DNA of 64,000 nt, from contig OZ024740.1 of assembly GCA_964016885.1 (NCBI GenBank), positions 286,192,001 to 286,256,000 on the forward strand, in the 5' to 3' direction. The notes beneath the pieces were generated by a model that searched no databases, was not told where the DNA came from, and saw only the letters and a list, made by a program, of their open reading frames with translations. This stretch comes from Eledone cirrhosa. Lineage: Eukaryota. Shown here piece by piece: positions 35,494 through 49,900 of this stretch. A program made the translations under genes and the position numbers. Each line of letters opens with the position of its first letter. Position 1 is the first letter of the stretch.

Positions 35494-38400
35494 TCCCCCC
35501 AATGCAAACATCTCCCCAACAACACCAACATCAACACCACCATCACTATCACCAAAATCCACCTAAACACAAACAACCTAAACAGACACAAGAACAAATA
35601 CACACACAAACATTTGAAACCACAGACACCGCACTCACAACAAACACAGACACAACCGAAACAACACCATCAAAACCATCACCACCACAGCCACGTAAAC
35701 AAATAAAATCACACCAAGAAAACATACAAAACTTTGTGCTCGTCAGGAGGGCCAACAAGGAACTGATGGCCCTCGTAGCACGAAGTGAAGAAATACAAAA
35801 AGAGTGGGAAATTTTTAAATCGGGCACATTTCGCGTGCTGGAAGATTTGTTTCTGGTGCGAATGTTGCTTGATACGAGACAGCTTTCCTCGGGACGTGGG
35901 AACCCCGAACATAAAACCCACTTCAAGACTTTTAAAGGGGTTCCCAAAAGAAACCCCAACTATGGAGGTTGAACCACCTGACCTTCACAAGAGCCCGGAA
36001 GGTAAGTAAACCTTTTCTCTCTCTTTTAGCCTGCCAACATGACCATATTAAGAGTAGGAAGTTTAAATGTTCGAAGCCTGGGATCATCCTGGAAGCAGGG
36101 TCACTTGCTCAATGACCTCAGGTCTCTAGAAATGGATGTAATTGCCGTCAGAGAGACCAGGATTTCTGACACGCGTGCACTAGCCCCCATTTTCGATGGC
36201 TATCAGATCTTCGCATCTGTTAGTCGGCCGGGAATGAGAGGTGGGGTGGCAGTGCTGTTAGGAAAGGCCTGGATCTTGAGGTAAGGTCGATCTTCCAGGA
36301 CCCAGATGGTAAGTTGGTGGTCCTGGACGTGAACAATAATGAAGGTGGTGCCTTTAGACTGGTGGCCGTCTACGCCCCTACTGGGGCAGGACAGCTGGAC
36401 TTCTTTAGACGCCTGGAAGCCTTTCTGGGTATGTCTCGCCTTCTACTGTTAGCGGGGGACTGGAATGGCATCTTAGACGCATGCTGGGATTGTGTGGGAG
36501 TATCCGATAGGAGCGGGGGTTGCAAAAGCCTCAAGCACCTAATCAGCCAGTTCTAACTCTCTGACAGGTACTGATTAGATTTCCCTAATGCGCCAGTGTT
36601 AACCTAGACCAACCACATAGGGTCATCTAGATCGTATATAGACAGGATATTCATTAGGAAAATAGACAGAAATAGTGTAAGCTGTCCACGTTTTAAAACG
36701 GTCGCCTATTCAGATCACAAGTTTGTGATCTGTATGGTCGACCTAGATAAGACGCGTAGGTTAGGACCTGGTTACTGGAAGCTGAACATGTCATTTCCGG
36801 CACGTAAGGCTTACAGGGATAGGGTCAACAATTTAGTTAAGAAAAAGTTGACAGGGGAGTTGTCAACAATAGATGGTGGGGGGCTCTCAAAAGAGAGATT
36901 ACAGTAATGTCGATAGAGTTTAGCAAAGAAGTAGCGTTAGAGAAAAATAGAAAGGAGAGGGAGTTGGTAGATAAGTTAGACGAGGCTATTTTTAGTGGCA
37001 TTGCAACTGACATGCTAGCGGTGAGAATGGCATTAGATCATTTCTTCAATGAGAAACACGAGGGAACCAAAGCTGTTCGATGGGCCCGCATGACAGAGGC
37101 GCAGCGTGGTAATAAAACCACAATTCGGTCTTTGACGGACTGAGACGAACACGAGCTGAGCAATTCCAAGCGGATGTGTGAGGCCTTTCGCCAACATTTT
37201 GCTAGGTTGTTCAGGGGAAGTGGCGGGTCAAAGACGGTGGCGGATTTCAGTCCCTACCTCGATGGCTTTCCGCAACTCTCGACGGCCGACGCTAAGCGCT
37301 GCGAAAGACCGATTACTTCAGCTGAGATTCAGGATGCCCTTGTCGGCTGCATGAGGCACAAATCACCCGGTTTGGCGTTTGTCGTCGAGGATTTGGTTGG
37401 GGAGGCACAAACTAGCGCAATCCCAACCAAGTCCATATATGACAACTTCCACCTCATGCGACACATCATAGAAAGGGTAGGGTGTAAACCTGGTTTTGGT
37501 AGGGCTCTGATGAATTTAGATCAATCGAAAGCATTCGATAGGGTCGACCATCGGTACCTGGAGGCTGTCCTCAAGGCAGCTGGCTTCGGCCCCGTCTTCA
37601 GAAGCTGGATTGCTGCAATGCACAGTGGCATCTGCTCGATGGTCAAAGTTAATGGTCACCTCTTGGAACCGTTTCAGATCTTCCGATAGGTCCGTCAAGG
37701 GTGCCCTCTCTTCTCCCTTCTGTACTTATTGACTCTCGAGCTTTTACTGCGGAAGCTGGAGCTGTTGCAGGGCATTCCGCTCGAACCAGGACGCGGAAAG
37801 GCTGTGTCGGCTTATGCGGACGACATCACCGTGATGGTGTCGGACACCTCAGAAATTGAGGTGGTCGGCAACTTATTGGAGGAATATGAAAGGTTGACGG
37901 GGACAAAACTTAACCCGGAAAAGTCGGTGGGCTTGCAACTCGGCACCTGGAGAGGCAAGTCCATGCCGTCAAACAGCGTCGTTGGGCGCTGGACGGACAG
38001 ACCGGTAAAGTTGCTCGGAGTTTGGTTCGGGCCAGACCTCCAGGTGGATAAGAATTGGGACGCGGTGACGGGCAGGGTAGCCAGTCTCACTCAGAAATGG
38101 GCTGCGAGGAAGCGCTGTCACTGAAAGTTCAGGTGGAGGTGGTGAATGCATTCATCACGTCTGTTATCTACTATCACCTGACTATCGTGCCTTGCCCTCG
38201 TTCGCTCATCGCCAACTTGGAACGGCTCCTCCTCAAATTTTTGTGGAGGGGTCAGGTTCCGTTTGGCGGTCCATCTGCTGCCAGCACCCTCTACATGGAG
38301 GGCTGGGCATGCTGTGGCTAATAATTGTTTCTACTATTGGCACAAGGCCAGCAATTATCCCAGTGCATTACTGGTACTTTATTTTATCGACCTCGTAAGG

Positions 38401-39572
38401 ATGAAAGGCAAAGTTAACCTCAGCGGGATTTGAACTCAGACTATAGAGGGGCATAACTCTATGAAGGAAAGCACTGCGTCCGACCCTCTACCGATACTGC
38501 CAATTCACCACCCTTTGCGCAGATACGCGCTGAGTCTGCGGCATCTCCAGATATTCTGCCTAAATGGTGAACAGGCGTGGTCGCCGTTTGTCAGACGGGC
38601 CTTTCCGCAACTCGTCTCTTTGACTGAGCTGCAGTACTGGGTTAAGAAGAGACCGAGACTGGGTGACTGGCATCTGGAATGTTGCCAGGCACTCACTGCC
38701 CTCTACCACATGGGCAATGTGGTCAGTGGAACTTCCACTCTCGAGTTCTATAGAGGATTAGTGGTGGGCAAGTGCGATGACGCACTCGGAGAGGCTCTGG
38801 GCGTCGAACTAAGCAGTCTGTTCCGGAGGACTTTCGAACCAGGGATGATGGATAATTTCCAAAAATCCCTCGCTTGGCAGTGTTACTGGGAAGTGCTGTC
38901 AGACGGATCTGCCCAAGATGCGCGCAAAGCGACGAAACCGTTCTGCATGCACTCGGCCAGTGTCCGTGTATTACTGACTTATGGAGTTATGTTGAACAGC
39001 TGTTGCCGCATGTAGAACGGAGCTGGCTATCGGCCGAGTCCATAGTGAAGATCGACCCGCCGCCTTCTTTTGGCCAGGAAGGGCAGGCAATTTTCCTCTG
39101 TCTGGTGGCAGTAGCGAAAGAGGTTGTATGGTGGACGAGGTTGAAAGGACTGAAGACAGACACTTTTCTCTTCGGCCAATCCCTCATCAACTTTTTCAAG
39201 TTTCACTTGGAAAGGAAGGTGAGGGTGGAGAGAGAAGTGCTGCCCCCCAGTACATTTGCTGAAAGGTGGGGGAATGTGGCGAGAATGGCCCGTGTGAGTG
39301 GACCTACTCTGATTATGCGCCTGTAGGTGGGTAAATTTGAGAAGGAGAGGGGTGCCTTTCCCGGGTGCTCTCGAAGTGTCGGGTCGTTGAGGATTGGTGG
39401 GGTACCTGAGTGAACCCTGGGTGGTCATCCCCCCATTGGGGAATTTTTCTTGTATTTTTCTTGTTATTTTGTTATTGTTATTATTGTTTACACGGTGTAT
39501 ATGTAAACCCCTCTGTCCCAGTCTTTTGTATTATCCCCTATATGTCGGCCCTTGTGGCCAATAAATGAAATC
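35494..39572 (+). mobile_element. Tx1/L1-clade LINE, degenerate (ORF1 remnant plus ORF2 APE-RT)
   Basis: SLNVRSL, AVYAP, GDWN, SDH, GPGYWKLN, KSPG, LDQSKAFDRVDH, VRQGCPL, AYADD, CPRC..ETVLHAL..C. Confidence 0.92.
38320..38511 (-). mobile_element. SINE family A inserted in Tx1 ORF2
   Basis: Matches the family A consensus and interrupts the reading frame after GGLGMLWL. Confidence 0.88.
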
Positions 39573-39739
39573 ATTATTGTTACTGTAAATAATATCATGT
39601 TTATACAGTTTTTATCATAAATAAATCTGTAGAAGGATTGTTTAGACAATGATGTAGTATTCCTGTCATTCTGAATCTTGAAAAAAGAATAAATATACTG
39701 ATTTGGCTACATAAACACATTTAGTTAAGTTGTTTGTTA

Positions 39740-41770
39740 ATTTTTTTTTTTTTCTAATTTCGAAATTTTTTATTTAATCATTTATACATGAATAAAGTTA
39801 TATCAACTATATTTTACAAAAAGAAGTTATACAATGATAGAAATATGAAAAAAAAAATAAAAACAAGTTTCAAATCTGGCTGAAGAGAGAAGTAGAGGAA
39901 AGGACTATAAATACCATAAATGAGGGGAAAAGGAGGGAAAAATCAAAGAGTATTAGGCCATGGACGAAAGGGGGGAAGAGGAGAGGGTAATAGGCTCTAT
40001 GCCTAGGGTGGGGTGGTGTTTCAGCTGTGCCTTGAAGACAAAACTGCAAAGGCATTTCCATGGACAATGGGAAGCAATACATGCTGCAACAGCCACCCCA
40101 CCTTACAGGGCACCTTCTTCATATGGGCTGCTGATATTTCTATTTTACGAGGGAGCTTGGCAGTACGTGGTCCAAAGATGTCTGAAGTCTCAATGCTGAC
40201 TGGTGCGAAGAAGAAGCGGCCAGACTAGCCCCAGTATTTGCTTGTTTTCTTGTCCTCTGCAATGTGGGCTGCAGTACCAGGGTTTGTAGCTGAAGTGACC
40301 AAGTTGGAGGCAGAGAACATCTCACAGCATGTGGCTTCCTAGATGACGGATTTCCTTCCTTTGAATGGGAAGAGGGTGATTCCATTGGGATGTTTACCAT
40401 CTCTAGTTGTGATGGGAAGCCAGTTACACCCAGGATCCTTCCCAATATGTCATTGAGAACGGCATGTCAGGGAACTGGCCTGTGTTCTGGCAGCATGGCA
40501 GGTCAAACTTGTCAACGACAACCCCACAATGACATTTGTGCGGCTCACACATGCGGAGGCTGAGACATTGAGACATTCCGATGTGAGTGCACTTGTCATC
40601 AAGAAGGGTACAAGTTGATGAAGAGGGCACCGAATTGAGCCATGCACTGTTGTTTGGCTGCAAAGCTGATGGTAGCCAGGTGAGATGGTGTTAGTCCAAG
40701 CCAGACTTAATCCCCCTGAAGGAAGACATGCATTTGATGTTGTCCCAGTTACATTGGACATTTGTATGCTGGGGGACAGAGAGGCCTTGGCTTGTCCAAT
40801 CAGTCAGAGCCTGCTCAAGTTCTGGGGCCACATCAGGCTCAGCCGTCTTGCTGAGAACCTGATGAGGGTATTATTGGAGGAGATTGAGGAGAGGTAGGCT
40901 GGCAAAGCCAGATCTGAAGTGGATCGGAGGCTGAGGTCACTGAACCTTGCTGAGAGCTTTGCCTGTTGCCAGTCGGTACTGTTGAAAATGACATTGCAGA
41001 TGAGTTCTGCACAGCATCGAATGGTGGGATCGAGTTCACCAAGGTAATCTGCGTGGGGGTGATGAGGTGCGCTATGCTGCATGAACAAAAATGTTGGAAG
41101 GGCAAAGCAGTTCCTCAAGAGGAAGAGCACCGAGTAAACGTCAATGAGGTGCAGCCTCTCTGCCATTCATGACAGGTGTGCGTGCTTGATCTCTAGGTAC
41201 TCTCATACGGCTTTCAAGAGAATTGGAGAGCTGAGAATGCAGGCGGTATCTTTGTGTTTTAGCTGAGCCCTGGACATGGGATGGATGCTGAGTATGGCGT
41301 CATGGAATTCAGCTTCTCCATAGCTAACGTTTATCACCTCAGGCTTGAATCGGTTGATCTCATATCTGGGGGAGCTTTAGAGCTTGGATGATTAGTTGAA
41401 TGTCCTCAACTACTGTCTCAGCCAAGCCACCCAGGGTCGTGTCATCCAGGTACCAAACATTGAAGGACAGAGCAGGCAACATCATCAAATGTCAACACAA
41501 AGAGGGGCGGGCCAAGTTGGTCTCCTTGCTGGACACCCATAGTGAAGTAACTTTGTTGTCAGCGGCCATGAGTATGCTGGGTCTTCTATACGAGAGGTAG
41601 GCAAGAAGGTAAATTAAGGGGACTCGTCTGAGACATGTCTCTAAGATGAGATCCTGCCTATCACTATTGAAGGCATTTCTCATGTCCGGCTTCCCAAGAA
41701 GGTGAGGTGACAAAGAAGGCATGTGCTATATAAAGTGTCTGACCACATAAGTTGCAGCCTCACTTCTGTC
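39740..41770 (-). mobile_element. Second CRE-clade-like element, degenerate, with poly(A) end
   Basis: DMRNAFNS, SILMAADNKVT, YLDDTTLGG, WQQAKL, CEPHKCHCG; homologous to 34120-35100. Confidence 0.85.
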
Positions 41771-42651
41771 ATTGCTGTTTCTTCTATCCACACTCTGGTT
41801 CTCATTGCCTGAGTGGATTGGAGATAACATAGGGTAGTTGGTACTCTTTAGTCATGAGAGTCTCAAGGTAAAATCATTAGTGCTGATGTCACAATAAAAT
41901 GTACCCAGTATACTCTGTAAAGTGAATGCAACCGAACTGACATGTAGGATTGAGAGGACTCCTTTAGTCATGTTGAGGACATAACAACCTCTAAGGTGCT
42001 GGTGCCATGATAAAAAGGAGCCAGTATACTCTGTAAAGTGGTTGTTGTTGGGAAGAACACCCAGCCTAAGAAACCATGCCACAAATGAAATGTACAAACA
42101 AGACAAGACAGCATGGAAAACGTATATAAAATGATGATAATGATGAATATTATCATATTGAAATAGTAGAAGCTATTGTTATACTGTTTTATTTTACAGA
42201 CTGACCTTCCTTTAGAAAGTTGTTATTTATCTAAGGTATGTTCCCACTCACTTAAAGCAGCCTCTCCTGAAACATTCCCCTCATTTTTTAATAGCAAACT
42301 GTCTGAAACCGCCCTTGGTTCTACAATACTCAACTGTTTATTTTAAATTGTTTATATTTATCAAAATACACCCAGTCATAACTTTTAAGTAAGAATCTTA
42401 AATGTTGGAGAAGGAAGTGGTTTAGTCATATAAGATGATTCAATGATAAACCCATAATGGAAGGAGTATAAGGAGGACCACAAAGTAGGTGGATGAGCAA
42501 CAGCAAGGAATGGACAGGGAAAACGATGATAGAAAACATGAAGTTGACTGATGAATAGGAGCGATTATAAGTGGGAAGTTTTGTCTCTTCTTGCACACTT
42601 ACAGCCTCCATAATCTATTGATTTAGACTGATAACAGTTCTAAGTAGAAAT

Positions 42652-43548
42652 TAATAATTATTTCTGATATTGACACAAGGCCAACAACTTGTGGGAAGGA
42701 GAAAGTCGATTATATCAACCCCAGTAGTTTACTGATACTTTATTTTATTGATTCCAGAAGAATGAAAGGCAAAGTTGGCTGCATTGATATTTGAACTCAG
42801 AATGTAGAAAGTCATAACTAAGTAGCACAAAGCAGTTTGTCCGATGCTCTACCAATACTGCCAATCAACTGCCCTTAAGTAGGAATTAATAATTGTTTCT
42901 ACTTTAGGCACAAGGCCAGCAATTATCCAGTGCATTACTGGTACTTTATTTTATCGACCCCGTAAGGATGAAAGGCAAAGTCAACCTCGGCGGGATTTGA
43001 ACTCAGATCGTAAAGGGACGTTAATAATGGTTTCTGATTTAGGCACAAAGCCAACAATTATGTTGGAGGGGAAAGTTGATTAAATCGACTCTAGTACCTT
43101 ACTGGTACTTTATTTTATCAACCCTGTAAGGATGAAAGTCTAAGTTAACCTCAGCAGAATTTGAAATCAGAACGTAAAGGGCTGTAATTCCAGGCTGTGA
43201 AGCATGGTGTCTGATGCTCTACCAATACTGCCAATCCACCAACCTTTTATAATAATGAAAATAAGCAAATCTAAACTATAATAAAGTAAGGAGCGCGGGA
43301 CTGAGTAAGGTTTATAATTTTTTTATCCCATTAGTAAAATAAGTTGGATTACTTTGAATAAATAATTGTTTCTACTTTTGGCACAAGGCCAGCAATTATC
43401 CCAGTGCATTACTGGCACTTTATTTTATCGACCCCGTAAGGATGAAAGGCAAAGTTAACCTCGGCGGGATTTGAACTCAGATCATAAAGGGAGGTAACTC
43501 TATGCTTCAAAGCATGGCGTCCGACCCTTACCGATACTGCCAATCCAC
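42652..43548 (-). mobile_element. Cluster of four SINE family A copies
   Basis: Copies at about 42652-42875, 42890-43020, 43022-43243 and 43362-43548, all on the minus strand. Confidence 0.88.
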
Positions 43549-45103
43549 ATAAATAATGAATGAATATTACATAATTTATCTACTAAATTTCGTGGCTGTT
43601 CATTAAATATATTTTATTACTTATTTAAAGATTCACTTCTTTAAAATTTTCAAATGTCAACACTTCCGGTTATCGATCGCTTAGATAAATATTCATATAT
43701 TTCTGTCACTAATTTTCTCCTAATACAGTTTATATATAATATAGTCTTTTTTTAATGTATCATGGATTACGTTACTGATTACATAAGACAGTGTAACACG
43801 GTCTTCGTTCAATTTCTGTGTACATTGTCAATTACGATTTTATTTGATGTATCATATCTACATGCATATATACTTGCGTATAATATCAATATGCACACTA
43901 CACATGCTAGGATTCAGCAAAACCTTTTCATTAATTTTTATTTTAAAGTTATATGCACACCTCTCTTTCAATCTCCTGACTATTGCTCTCCTATCCCCAC
44001 CTGCCAATCACACTCTGGATCATATTTGCTTTCAAATAACAAATACTGTATAGAGAGGAGAGGACTTCTGTTGGTGTCATGATAAACGCACCCAGTAACT
44101 TTGTAACGTAGTTAATGGTTGAATGGAGACTATGTAGGGTAGAAACGACCTGTTAGTTTTGTCAAAAGCATGGCAACTACTAGGAAGGGCCTAACTCTGA
44201 ATAATAACTGATTTGGCCATAACAACTGTCCAGCATATGCCAGTATGGGAAACATGTAAAACGATGATATATTCCAAATATTAACTTAATATTAGTGTTT
44301 GGAATATAACTTAACAAAGGATTCTTACATAAATTTATGATAGATTTTTATTTAATTACGATTTCTAAAATAGGTTCAATGCCAGCAATTTGTGAGCAGC
44401 AGAAAGTCAATTATAGGAACTCCAGTACATTACTGGTACTTCATTTTATCCCAGAAGGATGAAAGGTAAAAGTTGACTTTGGTGAGATTTTAACTAAAAA
44501 TGTAAAATGTTATAACTTGATATCTCAAAACCCTTGCCAATCCACCACCAGGCTAGTCACTATGTTTTGGTGTTCAGGGGTGGGGGATGGAGAGCTTCAG
44601 AAAATGTTATGTGGGCATTATTTTGCTAGGAACGTATTTCAGGACATTTTTTTTATAAACTCTATTTTCTAAATCTGAAATTACACCATTGAAAAGTAAG
44701 AAGGGGGCGGGGTCAGTGCCATCCAGTGCATCCCGTCCCTTGGCGATTAGCCTATCACCCCCCCCCCCTTTTAATTTAATTATGAACACTTTAAAAAAGC
44801 GGACAGTTTTATATCAAAGAACTAAAGTATGATAATAAAGTATGATAATAAAGTATGATAATAAAAAAGTGATTGGAAATATTTCAGGATAAGCAGTTTT
44901 AAACCTGATCTATTGGTATCCACCCTAAATGTGGGTGGAAATATTACCATAGATAAAGAATATAAGCTTTGAAAGAATGTTAAACTGTAATACATAGTTT
45001 CACAATAGATTTTACTATCTCAAGGTGTGCCAGTATTGTATGTTAGATAATGAGAGCTGTGATTTATAAATGCATCTATGATTGATGATATAGGTCATTT
45101 TCA

Positions 45104-45385
45104 TTGTGGCTATTTACAGTCATCTGTGTGGGTGGGTGTGTGAATGTATCTGGGTTTGTGTGTGCGTGTGTCTGGGTTTATGTGTGCGTGTGTCTGGGTT
45201 TATGTGTGCGTGTATCTGCTTGTGTTCACGTGTGTGTCAGATTGTGTGTGTGTACCTGGGTTTGTGTGTGTATTTGTGTACTAATGTGTATATGTGTGTG
45301 TGTGTATTTACCTGTGTTCCTATAAGTATGTGTGTGAGTCTGGATTTGTGTATACGTGTCTATGTTTGGGTCTGTGATAGTGTAA
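45104..45385. repeat. Degenerate (GT)n low-complexity tract
   Basis: Directly visible. Confidence 0.9.
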
Positions 45386-45699
45386 AATGATGTATCACAT
45401 TGAATCTGTTTATCTGGAAAGACATTCCAGCCATGACCATACCATCCTCTAAGGCATTGCATATCTAGGACTACATTATTCAATGTATCACTTTTTAAAA
45501 CATTGGGGTGTAATTTGAGGCAGATAACCAACTTGTTAGAGCTTAATTTTTTATATCAATGACATGTAAATCTTAGTGTCTGACAGAATATATTTAACAC
45601 AATAAAAATATTGGCAGGAAGAAGCTTGAAAAATGCAATTCTAAACAACCCAGAATTGAGAGAAAGATTAAGTTCTCCTCTCACCGAATTCAGCTTTAA

Positions 45700-45899
45700 C
45701 CCTTTAGCATTACTCTATATATACTATTGTATTTTTGTGGTAAAGGCTTTATCTCACATAATGTCAAATCCATGAGATTTTTTAAATTTATTTTCAGAAC
45801 AATAGCTTAACATCAGTATGAGAGGCTGGTTACAACCAGTTTGAACAGAAAGAGGTGAGAGAATTTTGGCCGGATACAGCCGGTTTAAATGCTAATGGG
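45700..45899. mobile_element. piggyBac-type MITE
   Basis: TTAA-CCCTTTAGCATT ... AATGCTAATGGG-TTAA. Confidence 0.8.
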
Positions 45900-48606
45900 T
45901 TAAGTCTCCATTTGTAACTTTTCTCAATATGTGGGTATAAACTTTACAATCTGTAATACAGAAAGAGAGAGAAAGGATTGACCCAAACCACTTACTTAAT
46001 ATGTAGGATGCGTCTACTCTAGATATTGTTGTATGTATCTGATTTAAAATAGATACATCATATCCCTGCATGTTGTAACAGTAACTAAAAGGATTGGTGC
46101 CAAGAAGGGCATCCAGCTGTAAAACATTGCTCAAAAAGTACCTCATGAGTATAGTTTATCATGGGGCCAGCATGGTTAATCCTTGCTTAAACATGGAAAA
46201 TGGCCATAAAATGGTTGTTGTTATTGTTTTATGTCCATTGTAATTTTTGATAATTAAAATCACAAATTTTAGATTAATTATTCTACCTACATTACTGAGC
46301 AAATGAAGAAATTTCTATATAGTAGCTCAACTTGCTAGAAGTGGCAGCCAAATCTCCCTCATATCACACAATATTATCTAGGCAAAAGAATCTAATGGAC
46401 AATGTTGTCCAAGCCTCATTAAAAAAGAAGCCAATCAGAAAATTGAACCAAGGAAACTATGTTTCCATTACTGATACTAGCAACAGCTGCCAGAAGCATC
46501 ATCTCCTCCTAGCTAGAATTCTGTATATGAAAGAATATCTTGTCTGAAGGCTTATCTAGAGAGGAGCTTGCTGAGAGTTTTATCTAAACTTCAACCTCAT
46601 ACAGGTTGTATTGATTTGCAATTTAAAATCACTAGGAATTCCTTTTTATGTAATTTATGTTCAAGAATGACCAGAATTAATTATCTCTGGGAATAAAAGA
46701 ATGCTAAAAGCAATAAATATCTGGAGGTAGTTTGTAAATTTAGTTCTATTCTTCCTAACTGTTATAATTTCTTCTGTCAATCATATTTTATTGAATCCAT
46801 ATTTCTTTTCCATCTGTACTGTAGCTTTTTGTAAAAAAAATATCTATTGTGAGCCTCTGGAAGTATTTCTGAGAAACAAATATTGGCTTTATTCCCAAAA
46901 TTGACATTATATTTGTGTTGCTTTTTATATAAATCTGCATAATACATCCATATTCTAATTGAGTTTATTTTGGATAAAGTCCAGGTGGTATGATGTTGCA
47001 TAAGGATTATATTGGTACTGAACAAATTAAATTTTTAAATAAGTCTCACATGTTACACCTCAGTGGTTTCTTGGTTGTTTTCTTTAACTAGGCAGAAAAA
47101 AAAATGTTTCCACATAGTCTGCTACCTATTTTTGAGATTTTTTCATCCTTATCATCACCCTCACCACCTTGTGCTTAGGGTGATGGTCTCAGTCATAAAG
47201 TTGTTGGTTCAATTCCTGGATTGGGTGGTGAGTTGTGTTCTTAAGCAAGTTGTTTCATTTTACATTGTTTGCTTTTCATGATAGGACTGGTGCCCCTATC
47301 ACTAAAACACCCAATAAACCTCATATGAGATGCAGTATTATAAATAGCCAGCAAAAACTACATAGGTGTGAACTGCAAATTACTTTCTACCACTGCTACC
47401 ATCATCATCATCATTTTACACCCACTTTTCTTTTCCAGCATGGAACTAAAAAGGAAGTAAAACAAATAAATGAGCATGTTTTAGAAAGAGGCACAACAAA
47501 ATTGTCTGTAGACATAAGGTAAGCTGAAATTTTGTTGGTAGAAAAAGATGCCCCCCATCCACACACACACACACACACCTTGGGTGCAAACTGACTATGT
47601 TTAAAGCATTTTTAAGTGTAAATGTACTTTTAAGTAATATATATTTCTGTATATTGACACAGAAATGTATAATATTCGTGTTTTATTAAATTTTGCTCAG
47701 AGAAAATGTGTCACTACCATGCCAATAAATGTAAAATATGCATGTTTTAGTTGTAGCCATGAACTGCAGATGGTTAGTCAGGAAGTTAGGTGAGTATCTG
47801 AAAAACATTTATTCAGAAAAATAAATAATGACAACATAGAGTAATGAATATGAACAGAGACAATGAAGAGTAGTTAGTAACCTTTGGTCTTGCAAGATCC
47901 AAGGCAAACTCACTAGAGCTAGTGCCATGATAAAAGTGATAGAGACTGAATAAAGTCAATGTAGGGTTGAGAGAATCCTTAAGTCTTGCTGAGGACATAA
48001 CAACCTCTCTAGTGCAGGTACCACAATAAAATGCACCCAGTACACTGTAAAGTGACCAAATAGAGCCAATGTAGTGTTGAGAGGATATTTTAGTCATAAC
48101 AACCTCTCTAGTGCAGGTGCCATGATAAAATGTACCTAGCATAATTTGTAAAATGGTTGGTGTTAAGAATGGCATCCAGCTAAAAATCCAACATACAAGT
48201 GGGACGTGGTTCTCCAACCTGTCTAGTCTTGAACTGTGATAACTCCCAGCATGAAAGCATGGAAAGTGAAAATATGCTGCTGATGATGATGGTGATGGTG
48301 ATGGTGATGATGATGATGATGATGATGACACCAAATATTAACAGTTGGCTTCAAAACAAAGTCTATTTCAGTCTTTTGGCAATATTGTAAATATCAAAAA
48401 TATGATTTCACATAAAGAAATACTAGATATGACCATGTTGTTAAGAAGTTTACTTCACAACGACATGATTTCATGTTGATCTTACTACATGACACATTGA
48501 ACAAGTGTCTGTGTGTATGTGATTTATTATAGGTATGAAGCTATGAGTGACTTAAGGGACAGAACTTTTGTACTTGATGCACTCTTCAAAACCGCAGACA
48601 GGTAGA

Positions 48607-48780
48607 CAAGGGTTAGCTGAGAAGCTCATAGGCTGACCAAGATACTCTCATGGAATGACCAAATGAGGCTTATTATTCAACATAGTCTATGGAAAGAAAC
48701 AATGCAGTTATTAATATGAAGAGTTGAAATTAATGCATGCATGATTTCAGCCCTAACATGACATTTTCAGTCAACCCTCC
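48607..48780. mobile_element. Mariner-type MITE, second copy
   Basis: Reverse-complement match to 23937-24133. Confidence 0.75.
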
Positions 48781-49529
48781 TATATTCTTTTACCTATGTA
48801 TTAAGTTTTGTTTCTCCTGTTTGTGCAGTCAATCCTATATAAATATCATCATCATTTAACATCCATTTTCCAGTACTAAACTGAAATAATTTCTCAGATC
48901 GATATGACCATTTAAAATCCTTGAATGGCCATTGTCCATCAAAAGAATCAAAGAGTATCCTGGTTTGTCATGACAGACAATCGGACTGGATGTAATGAAT
49001 TTGATGGTCATTCAAGCAAAAACTAAACATTTATTCTTATTCATTCTCTAATAAAATTCTTTTCAAATGATTTTATATATACTACATTCATATGTTTAGT
49101 AAGATGATTATTTTCATACATAAAAGTGATCGTTTTACTCAATTTGGGGACTTTTTTCTCCATGTAAAATTCCATTAAAACGCCTTTTATTTTGTAACAA
49201 GGAACTCGATAAGAAAACAGGTTGCACATTATGGAATTCCATATTATAGCAAAGCTTTCAGTTCAGGAATGAAAAATTTCCATAATACAGGTGATTGCTG
49301 TTACAGACATATAAATAGACACAGACAGATAGAGTTAATTTACATCAAAAGAAAACAAAGAACATTTACTCTTTTTAACATTTATGTTTTTTTATGAAAT
49401 GTTGCCTAAGATTTTTTTCTACCACTTATCACAGGTTGCTTCTGTTGCAATTTTATATTCATTTATCCAATCAAGGGTCCTAAAAACAAATTTTATGATC
49501 TAGTTATGTATTCTACTTTGGCTTTTTAA

Positions 49530-49900
49530 ACACCACTGCCATCGACACCACCACCGCGCTCACCACGACTATACTCACCAACACACAACCACCATCACCA
49601 CCACTGCTACTACTATCACTACCACTACTGCCACTACCACATCCACCACAATCATTACCACCACCACCATCATACCAACACTGCCATCACCACCGCTGAT
49701 ACCACTATCACTACCACAACCACCACCACTATCATTGCCAACACTACCACTACCACCACCACAACTACTTTTACAGCCACTATTACCACCACTGCCATCA
49801 CCGCAACCACTATTACTGCACCACTACCACAACCACTCCTACCACAGCCACTGCCACCACTAGCACCACCACCACTACTACCACAGCTAACATCACACCA
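49530..49900. repeat. Degenerate (ACC/ACT)n trinucleotide tract
   Basis: Directly visible. Confidence 0.9.

Noticed and set aside
42641-43560. Regularly recurring repeats resembling an array or CRISPR
   Set aside because: Clustered SINE insertions in a eukaryotic context, with no repeat-spacer structure
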